From assembly GCA_048939465.1 (NCBI GenBank), contig JBHLPL010000051.1, positions 1 through 13,268 on the forward strand: a stretch of 13,268 nucleotides of DNA, read 5' to 3'. Position numbers and translations under genes: made by a program. Positions within the stretch are counted from its first letter, which is position 1; each line of letters opens with the position of its first letter. Positions 1 to 7,107 of the stretch are shown in pieces. The stretch comes from Promethearchaeota archaeon (lineage in GTDB: Archaea; Asgardarchaeota; Odinarchaeia; Odinarchaeales; JBHLKK01). The notes beneath the pieces were generated by a model that made no database searches, was not told the origin of the DNA, and worked only from the letters and a program-made list of their open reading frames with translations.

Positions 1-54
1 AGCTGGGACAAAATTGCGGGCTACGGCGTACTAAGTGAGGGAGTCTTCTTGTGA
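1..54 (+). CDS. Probable 3' end of an upstream gene (...SWDKIAGYGVLSEGVFL*), product unknown
   Basis: Frame +1 is open from base 1 to TGA at 52-54 and reads like a C-terminal beta strand. It is only 17 codons and the other frames are similarly short. Confidence 0.35.
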   Translation, partial: SWDKIAGYGVLSEGVFL

Positions 55-201
55 GTTAAGCGGTGCATAAAATGATCATTAGCTAATTGCTTCAACTTTC
101 ATATGCTACTGCTGCTTTCTTCCCCTTCTACTCAAAATTGTTAAATTTCCCTTTTAAGTCTTTCGGTCAAGCGGATTGATAGCGAAGCATAAACAATTAA
201 A

Positions 202-218
202 GAGGAAAACTATTAAAT
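202..218 (+). promoter_or_regulatory. Putative archaeal BRE-TATA promoter of rfcL
   Basis: Purine-rich GAGGAAAA (202-209) is followed by TATTAAAT (211-218), about 50 nt upstream of ATG 268. Confidence 0.45.
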
Positions 219-267
219 CCAATGGAAAAAGTCTATTGTTGGCTCTATATTTGGCGAGTGAGAGTCT

Positions 268-1533
268 ATGAGTAGAAATCTATGGATAGTCAAGCATTCT
301 CCCAAAACGGCAAAAGAGATAATAGGTAATAGGACTGCAGTCAAGGAGCTAGTGGACTGGATTCTTTTATGGCAGAAGAAATCCCCCGCAAAACGAGCAG
401 TTCTGCTTCACGGTCCACCTGGCACCGGGAAGACAGCATCAGCTTACGCCGTGGCCAACGATCTCAATTACGACATTGTTGAGCTCAATGCCTCAGACAA
501 GAGAAGTCAAGCCGAGATTGCTCAGATTGTGGGGGCCGCTGCCAGAGAAAGATCTCTTCTGGGATCCGGTTATCGAATTGTTTTAATTGATGAGATTGAC
601 GGAATCAGTGGAACAGAAGACAGAGGGGGAATTGGAGCTCTCACCAAGATAATTAAGGAAACCAAGAATCCCATTGTCATGACGGCTAATGACCCTTGGA
701 ACGTAAAACTCAGAACCCTTCGAAGCTACTGTCGCATGATAAGCTTTCGTAGAGTCTCAAAAAGCTCGATTGCTGCTCTACTGAAAAGAATCTGTATTAC
801 TGAAGGCTTGGAAGTTGAGGAGGAAGCTGCAAAGATGATTGCTGAGAAATCAGGAGGAGACATTCGGGCAGCGATAAACAACCTACAGGCCATTGCGGAA
901 GGCAAAAGAAAGCTCACGGTCAGAGATGTTGAAGTTTTGGGATATCGCGATCGAACTGAAAACATCTTCAATGTATTAAAGGAACTCTTTTCGTCCAGGA
1001 CATTTGGCGATGCCATTAGAGCAGTAAACTCGGTTGATGTCGACCATGAAATGTTGCTCCAGTGGATTGCTGAAAATGCTGCACTGCATTTGCCCACTCC
1101 TTGGGAGCGAGCAGAAGGTTACAATGCGATTTCCAGGGCAGACATATTCCTAGGAAGAATCAGGCGGCGTCAGAATTGGAGTCTCTTGAAGTATGTGTAC
1201 GATCTTATGAGTGCAGGTGTAGCGTTGTCTATAAGAGGACCCTATCGTTGGACAAGATATCAATTCCCGTCTTGGATACTTAAGCTGAGCAGAACCAAGG
1301 GCTCCAGGAGGGAATTGAGGCAGATAGCCGAAAAGATAAAAGTCAAATGTCACACATCAATTGGGAGGGCCATACAGGATTTCATACCATTTATTGAAAT
1401 CATTTTTCGGAATAACCCTGAGCAGGCAGCCAATCTTGCCGAGTGGTTTGAGTTCACCAAAGAGGACACTGAAGCTTTGACTGGAAAAGCAAGTACGGAG
1501 AAGACTGTCCAGAAGAAGCTACTCAAAGGATAG
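268..1533 (+). CDS. rfcL: Replication factor C large subunit (clamp loader AAA+ ATPase)
   Basis: N-terminal RFC box variant WIVKHSPKT...IIGN, Walker A GPPGTGKT, ELNASD motif, Walker B VLIDEIDG, sensor-2 GDIRAAINNLQ, and C-terminal collar motifs (AD.FLGRI, WSLLKY) typical of archaeal RFC-L. Confidence 0.95.
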   Translation: MSRNLWIVKHSPKTAKEIIGNRTAVKELVDWILLWQKKSPAKRAVLLHGPPGTGKTASAYAVANDLNYDIVELNASDKRSQAEIAQIVGAAARERSLLGSGYRIVLIDEIDGISGTEDRGGIGALTKIIKETKNPIVMTANDPWNVKLRTLRSYCRMISFRRVSKSSIAALLKRICITEGLEVEEEAAKMIAEKSGGDIRAAINNLQAIAEGKRKLTVRDVEVLGYRDRTENIFNVLKELFSSRTFGDAIRAVNSVDVDHEMLLQWIAENAALHLPTPWERAEGYNAISRADIFLGRIRRRQNWSLLKYVYDLMSAGVALSIRGPYRWTRYQFPSWILKLSRTKGSRRELRQIAEKIKVKCHTSIGRAIQDFIPFIEIIFRNNPEQAANLAEWFEFTKEDTEALTGKASTEKTVQKKLLKG

Positions 1534-1608
1534 GATCATCAGCCAAAAGGAATAAGGTCATAATACGATTTTAGCAGTCTTTTATTCAGAAACTTAGGAG
1601 AGAAGGAT

Positions 1609-2748
1609 TTGGTCAATCAGCTGACAAGGATTTATGCAACAGAATTCATAAGAAGTCTGGCTCACACCATGCTGGGTATTTACCTACCAATATATATCTT
1701 GGACACTGGGTCTACCCCAACGGGATTATCGTTGTTTTTTATCCTAGTTTTCTCCTTCAATGCGATAAGCTCATTCCTATCTCTGACTTTGTTCAAGAAA
1801 AGAATGAGTCTTGGATTGTTTGTGTCACTTGTTTTCAGAGGCGTGTTCTACTTCTCAATCTTTTTGGCCATGGACTGGCAGATAATCGCACCTATTTTTG
1901 GATTTGCGGTCGGGCTTTATTGGTCATTTATAGATCTAAGCCTGATTGCATTGCCAAAAAGAGAGGAATCTGGATTAAGGATAGGTATACTCTACATGGC
2001 AATGCAGATAGCAGGAATAATCGGTCCGATAATAGGTGGATTCATAATCACAGATTTTGGTTATTCGAATCTATTCCTCATGGCGGTAGCGCTACTAATG
2101 CCGACTGCGGTTCTCGCGCTCTCGGTGGGACAGCTGAAAACCGATTTTGAGACTCCTTCTGCGCGGTTTGTAAAAGAATATTTTAAGAACAGCAGAGACA
2201 ATCGTTTGCTACTTGTATTTGTACCACTTTATGGTCTAATTACTGCTCAAATGTGGGTCTACTATCCACTGCTTCTGCGACAGTGGGGGCAAACCGAGCT
2301 TGGAATGGGTATCATCCAAACAACAGTGGGCATATTTGTTGCAGTGACTCTCATTGGTGCTGGGAAACTTTTTGACCTAAATAGGGGCCGACATGTCATT
2401 ATATCCTCGCTACTAATGCAGACCGTTTCTCTTCTGATGCTTGGAATCGCGTGGACCGTCGAGATCTTTACTGTCGCAGGATGGGTGGTCTCTCTCGCGT
2501 CCTCCTTAATGACATCACCGTTTTGGGCAACAATAGCGGGAACAACAGAAAAAAGATTCTACCCATCTCTGGTCATAATGGTCACTTCACTCCTGAACTC
2601 AGGACGAGTGGCGGCTTTTATTATGTTCGAACCCCTCTTGGCAAGAGGAGACCTAGCGCTGATTTACTTCATTGTTGCCGGAATAGCATTAGTGGGTCTA
2701 CTCGTTGCGTTCAATTTCTCAGGCTATTTCTATTCGGCAAAAAACTGA
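1609..2748 (+). CDS. Major facilitator superfamily transporter (substrate unknown)
   Basis: 379 aa with about 12 hydrophobic segments in two halves and MFS motif GIIGPIIGGFII. TTG start lies behind an AGGAG/GAAGGA purine tract. Confidence 0.85.
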   Translation: MVNQLTRIYATEFIRSLAHTMLGIYLPIYILDTGSTPTGLSLFFILVFSFNAISSFLSLTLFKKRMSLGLFVSLVFRGVFYFSIFLAMDWQIIAPIFGFAVGLYWSFIDLSLIALPKREESGLRIGILYMAMQIAGIIGPIIGGFIITDFGYSNLFLMAVALLMPTAVLALSVGQLKTDFETPSARFVKEYFKNSRDNRLLLVFVPLYGLITAQMWVYYPLLLRQWGQTELGMGIIQTTVGIFVAVTLIGAGKLFDLNRGRHVIISSLLMQTVSLLMLGIAWTVEIFTVAGWVVSLASSLMTSPFWATIAGTTEKRFYPSLVIMVTSLLNSGRVAAFIMFEPLLARGDLALIYFIVAGIALVGLLVAFNFSGYFYSAKN

Positions 2749-2753
2749 TGAGG

Positions 2754-3833
2754 CTACGAATAATTCTCTTGAAGCAGATCGAGGTGTTTGAGAGCCATCT
2801 CTGATGAGACCGATTTTTCAGCAAATCGTCTTCTTATTGTTTCCAGCAAATACTCTGGAAAGAAGGTAGGAAAGCGAATATCGGTTAGGAGGAACACCCA
2901 CTGTTTGTTGTCCCTTATTCTTAAAACTACATTGGACTCCTCAAGCCGCTTTATGATTTTGTTTGTAGCAGAAGGTTTAATCTCCAGTTCCTTTGAGATG
3001 TCAGTCACCAGCCTGGGTTCTTCTCTGAGTAGAAGAAGCATCGAATAGATGTCTGGATCCAGCATAAGCTGTGAGATCTTCAAGCTGTCTTCTTCAGTTA
3101 TTTCATATTGGCCAAAGAACTCACGTGTTGCCTCAAGATACGACCTAGCCGTTTCATCGGATGGTTTGCCTTGTTCAGCCAGTTCTACTATTTTCGCAGC
3201 GGGGCTTCTCATTACAAGAAAATCCCTTACTAGAAAGGCACACTGTCCCGGCATTCCCGCGACCCAGGACAGCACAACGAAGTTGTTTCTGGTCAAAGGC
3301 GAGACTAGCGCATCAATGCTCCTGATAGACCTTCCAGATTCTTCTTCCAGAAGATACTTCAGTTCCACTAAGGACATTGGTCCCTCCGTCAATTTGCTGT
3401 GAAGAAGGACATGAAGTTTGTCTTTGTACAGCAGAGCCAGCTGTTGCTCGTCTGTAAGTGAGGCCATCTTCAGAAGACGGTCATATGTGGATTTAAGAAC
3501 TTCTTGGAATTTAGTTGAACCGACCTGAGAAAGAACATCTTCTGCAATATCCAGCAGAGGAGCTTCGTACATCCTAGCATCCTCATCTATGTTCAGAATG
3601 AGAGCAATGAAATACTGTGGGGTTGTTTCCACGCCTGTAAAATAACTGGCAATGTTTAGATTTGCCTCCTCTAGCGAAAGAGTCAAGAAGCCTGCCTGTC
3701 CCTCTCCTACTGCATGGCTTGTGAAGATTCTCATAAGATTTTGAGCATCAATCTCAACAGTTCCTGGATATTTCGCCTCTAGGACTACTCCAGTAACATC
3801 ATCCCATTTTGCGACAAGTATACCTTCTGGCAA
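2754..3833 (-). CDS. Longin/uDENN-like N-terminal domain + tandem winged-helix protein (Asgard-type, NPRL2-like architecture)
   Basis: The N-terminus MPEGILVAKWDDVTGVVLEAKYP fits the longin/uDENN pattern (strand - W/F-D-x-x-x-G - strand - YP), followed by strands IASYFTG and QYFIALIL. Two wHTH-like segments follow (SKLTEGPMSLVELKYLLEEE; LREEPRLVTDISKELEIKPSATNKIIKRLEESNVV). Start moved from the track's GTG 3842 to TTG 3833 because SD GGAGTGA (3845-3839) overlaps the GTG and lies 5 nt before the TTG. Confidence 0.75.
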   Translation of the reverse strand: MPEGILVAKWDDVTGVVLEAKYPGTVEIDAQNLMRIFTSHAVGEGQAGFLTLSLEEANLNIASYFTGVETTPQYFIALILNIDEDARMYEAPLLDIAEDVLSQVGSTKFQEVLKSTYDRLLKMASLTDEQQLALLYKDKLHVLLHSKLTEGPMSLVELKYLLEEESGRSIRSIDALVSPLTRNNFVVLSWVAGMPGQCAFLVRDFLVMRSPAAKIVELAEQGKPSDETARSYLEATREFFGQYEITEEDSLKISQLMLDPDIYSMLLLLREEPRLVTDISKELEIKPSATNKIIKRLEESNVVLRIRDNKQWVFLLTDIRFPTFFPEYLLETIRRRFAEKSVSSEMALKHLDLLQENYS

Positions 3834-3847
3834 ACATATCACTCCTA

Positions 3848-6433
3848 TTATTCCATATTTACATCCTTCTTAATTAAATCTAACGTCTTCCTTCTTACTT
3901 CGGAAGGGAGGGCTTTAAGCTCCCTCAGTATGGTCTCCTTATCAGAATCTGAAATGCCCTTCATACTCTCAATCTCTTCTCTAAACGCTTCTAGTTGTTG
4001 ATCAGTTTCAGGTGTGTCTGTTTCCGGAACCTGCTCAACTTCATCTGTTGGGCTTCTGGCTTCTTTAGGTTGCTCATTTCTCGTTCCGATATCCTTGGTG
4101 TGGACATCTTCAGTCTGATTCTCTCGGCGGCCTTCTTTTTCTGAGTGCGACGCCTCTTCAGAGGGTATTTCAGTTTCCTCTAGCGGTGGCTCAATGGTCG
4201 GCAGTCTTGGAATTACAATAGCGTCAGCCGGACCAGTTACTTGATCAAATACGCTTTGCTGTATATCATCTCTTGTTCGTACCCCGGGTTGTTTGGGTAT
4301 CTTGCCCTTTCGAATGTCCTTCTTCATCTTCATTATCTTTCGAACTACTGCCGGAAATCTGATGTATGGGTTTAAAACCACGTAAAGAAGGGCTCCAGCA
4401 AGCCCAACAATAGGAATGATAGTAACGAATAGCCAGCCGGGAACTCCAAAGATGTACCATTGTTGCCATACGCTAATAGTCACAGTTATTTCCTGCTCCA
4501 CGGAGTAGAAGTCATGAATTACCCCAATCCTGACCGTATAATGTCCGGCCAACTCGGGGACTTCAATCTGATCTCTGTAGGGTTGTCCTTCGAGTTTGGT
4601 CATATTGTGCCAGACACCCGGCTCCCAGCTTAGCTCGTATTGCACGACTGCTGTGGAAACGTTTCCGCCTGTTATAGGGTCAACAAGCTCAACAGTGAGC
4701 CAGAAGCCTCCTCCTGCCTCAACATTCGCTTCTTGTTGGGTCGGGCGTAATAGGTTGACATCGATAAGTCCCGTTTTCCCGAAGTCCGTAGTAAGAATAG
4801 TGCCCGCTTCATATCCGTTGGTCCAGTCCACGTTAATCATGTACGGGCCGGTGAGGGAACCGTCAGGTACAACAATAACATCTGAAATCGCAATACCACT
4901 AGCATTCACAACCATGTCAACCGCAGAAGGCCATATAGAATCAGAAGGATCGGTGATGGAAATGGTTGCGTTACCAAGGTCGGTCGGAGGAAAGCCGTTT
5001 TCATCCAGCAGCCCAGCAATCACTCGAATACTATCCCCATCAGAGAAGGTGGAGCTATTCATCCACGTTCCGTTGGTCAGAACTTGGAGCTGGGCATCGG
5101 ATACATAATTCTTAGAGTTGGCTTGACAAGAATAGAGTCCGTACAGACCTATGGCAGTTGAGTTGACAGTCAGTATCTTTTTGCTTCCCAGTGTTGTGAG
5201 CGTATAATTTTCGTCCCCTGGTTGATGACTGATACCATTCGGGTCAGAAATACTGGTCAAATACCAGTCCGAAGGAATAGTCAGATTGAAGTAGTAGTCA
5301 GTGTATTTTGTAGGGCCCTCACCTCTCGGCTCGTCATATATACTCATCTCTGTTCTATGAGAAAAGGACCAAGCAACATTTGACTGGTGGTCTACTTCAA
5401 ATGCTGCAGGATTGCTGGTAGTATTGTAGGCTGCGAAGACGGTCACATTCGCCTTAAGGCTCACCTCCACCGGAGATGATGTGTTAGTCAGAAAAGTGAA
5501 ATAAAACTGCTCAAAAAGGGGGGGCGCAGCAGGCCCCCAAGCACCCGAGAATGTTACATTTCCGAAGCCATAATCTGTCGTGGATATACTATAGTTAGCA
5601 GAATCAGGAGTCTCAACTCTTAAGTCAACCTGGGACGGCTTGACTGTGGATCTCAGAACCAGAGAAATATTGTCAAAATATACCCTGTTAAGGTCACTCC
5701 AGCCACTGTAAGTTGCACCTCCTGACGTGTATCGAACCCCGATATCAATCTGAACATATTGGGTCTCAGAAAGGTTGAACACATCGGGATCAACATATTG
5801 AGCTATGTTATTCCATTGCTCGTCTAATCCAGAGTCCCGAACTGTCTTGAAGTCCAGACGCCAAACATATTCACCCCCAATAAGGGCAAAGGCTTCAAAT
5901 TCGGATCGATCAATGATGTCATTGGCATAGTAACTCAGCCTGAGCTCAGCTTCAAGAACATGTCCTCTTCCAATCACTACAGTCTCATTCCAGTAGCTAC
6001 TCTCGTCTTCATAGAACTGCCTGCCTCCACTTTGCATTGGCAGCTGGGTATAAACGCACTGATTTGCAGCCAGCCACCGGCCATCATCTACGTCGGCGTT
6101 ATCGTTTGTCTCTTGATATTGCCAAGGAGGCGAGATATAGGTAGTTCCATCTTCAAATGTGCCATTAATTGCCCAGTCCCTTAAATCTGCAAGCTCGCGT
6201 ACGTCTAAGAACACCTGGTTCCCGACCCAGCCAGCGGGGATATCTACAAAAACACTGGGGTTGGTAGGAATAGCAGCTTCCTGATCATAGTTTGTGCCCT
6301 TTGAGAATTCTACTACTTCTCGACCGAAAGCAAGAGTGCCCCCGTCGGAGTACTGAAAGCTAGGGCGACATGAGAGCAGCAAAGGGATAATAATCAAGAA
6401 AATACTCATCAGAACGTATTTTCTAGCTTTCAT
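3848..6433 (-). CDS. Large single-pass cell-surface glycoprotein with cytoplasmic tail
   Basis: Signal peptide MKARKYVLMSIFLIIIPLLLSC, then a ~640-aa beta-rich ectodomain with about 18 N-x-S/T sequons. A TM helix (GWLFVTIIPIVGLAGALLYVVL) is followed by the basic stop-transfer segment RFPAVVRKIMKMKKDIRKGK, an acidic Pro/Glu linker and a C-terminal helical module. Alternative starts are ATG 6445 and TTG 6448. Confidence 0.85.
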   Translation of the reverse strand: MKARKYVLMSIFLIIIPLLLSCRPSFQYSDGGTLAFGREVVEFSKGTNYDQEAAIPTNPSVFVDIPAGWVGNQVFLDVRELADLRDWAINGTFEDGTTYISPPWQYQETNDNADVDDGRWLAANQCVYTQLPMQSGGRQFYEDESSYWNETVVIGRGHVLEAELRLSYYANDIIDRSEFEAFALIGGEYVWRLDFKTVRDSGLDEQWNNIAQYVDPDVFNLSETQYVQIDIGVRYTSGGATYSGWSDLNRVYFDNISLVLRSTVKPSQVDLRVETPDSANYSISTTDYGFGNVTFSGAWGPAAPPLFEQFYFTFLTNTSSPVEVSLKANVTVFAAYNTTSNPAAFEVDHQSNVAWSFSHRTEMSIYDEPRGEGPTKYTDYYFNLTIPSDWYLTSISDPNGISHQPGDENYTLTTLGSKKILTVNSTAIGLYGLYSCQANSKNYVSDAQLQVLTNGTWMNSSTFSDGDSIRVIAGLLDENGFPPTDLGNATISITDPSDSIWPSAVDMVVNASGIAISDVIVVPDGSLTGPYMINVDWTNGYEAGTILTTDFGKTGLIDVNLLRPTQQEANVEAGGGFWLTVELVDPITGGNVSTAVVQYELSWEPGVWHNMTKLEGQPYRDQIEVPELAGHYTVRIGVIHDFYSVEQEITVTISVWQQWYIFGVPGWLFVTIIPIVGLAGALLYVVLNPYIRFPAVVRKIMKMKKDIRKGKIPKQPGVRTRDDIQQSVFDQVTGPADAIVIPRLPTIEPPLEETEIPSEEASHSEKEGRRENQTEDVHTKDIGTRNEQPKEARSPTDEVEQVPETDTPETDQQLEAFREEIESMKGISDSDKETILRELKALPSEVRRKTLDLIKKDVNME

Positions 6434-6517
6434 CTTGCACGCCATCAAGCAATCGCCACTTCTGTTTTATAACGCGTTAGCAAAACTCAAAGCCGTGTTT
6501 AATCTATAACATTATTG

Positions 6518-6533
6518 CTATTAAAGCATTTGT
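6518..6533 (-). promoter_or_regulatory. Putative BRE-TATA promoter for the surface protein / longin-wHTH operon
   Basis: The minus strand reads ACAAATGC TTTAATAG, a BRE-like purine motif directly before a TTTAATA box, about 70-85 nt upstream of the candidate start codons. Confidence 0.4.
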
Positions 6534-7107
6534 CAAGAGCCAACGGGTTAGAAGTTCCAGGGGTTTGCCCTTTCTTTATATGGAAAAGGCAGTATTGCCG
6601 AAGAAGATAGCTTCACGAATTCCGGCCTGAAAAAGGCGGCAAAAGGAGAGGGGGGTGGAAGCTTGAGTCGATGGGGGACACAGCCCTTCGGAGGGGGAAG
6701 GCAGTTAGGGTTTGTGGTTGCATGGATGGGGAAATTCCGTTAACCAGTTAAGCTGACAACGGGAGACTCACTCAGGAAGGCAATCCGAAGGAATTTGCTA
6801 GATTATTCAAACAAAGAATTATGGCTTCCGCAGCTCCTCTCAGGACCTAAATCATGAGCTTCCTTGAAGACGGGCTGTGATCGTTAAATCTCACTCGAAA
6901 TCCGCTGCAGATTCAAATATGCAATAGATTTCGCTTTCTTTCCGGACGCATTAATACAAGTTACGAAGGACGGTGAAGCCGCTATTTCACGGGATCTGTC
7001 GCCAATAGGTTTTGAGGAGAACGCAAATCAGGTCGAGGATATGTTTTTATGATGAAAACCGATCTCTTATTGTATTCGAATGAGTGGAGACTGAAGGTTA
7101 ATCCAAG

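Noticed and set aside
726-1353. Alternative-frame ORFs 726-1097(-), 1101-1283(+), 1150-1353(-)
   Set aside because: They lie entirely inside rfcL and have no recognisable motifs; shadow ORFs.
1920-3402. ORFs 1920-2150(+), 2451-2804(+), 2788-3048(+), 3049-3402(+)
   Set aside because: They overlap the MFS or longin-wHTH genes. The Ser-rich antisense translations are what the codon bias of the real gene produces.
4266-6184. ORFs 4266-4469(-), 4596-5108(+), 5960-6184(+)
   Set aside because: Nested in or antisense to the surface-protein gene, with no SD or motif support.
6553-6700. Replication origin (ORB-like GTTCCAG plus G-strings)
   Set aside because: No complete TTCC-N4-GAAA ORB, no repeated inverted ORBs around an AT-rich unwinding element, and no cdc6/orc1 gene in the window.
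6705-6710. Telomere-like TTAGGG
   Set aside because: A single hexamer, expected by chance.
6450-6800. RNase P RNA (AACAGAAG on the minus strand at 6466-6459; GAAGTTCC at 6551-6558) or SRP RNA (CAGGAAGG near 6772)
   Set aside because: The two RNase P-like motifs are on opposite strands, so P4 cannot form, and the SRP helix-8 motif is not properly formed.
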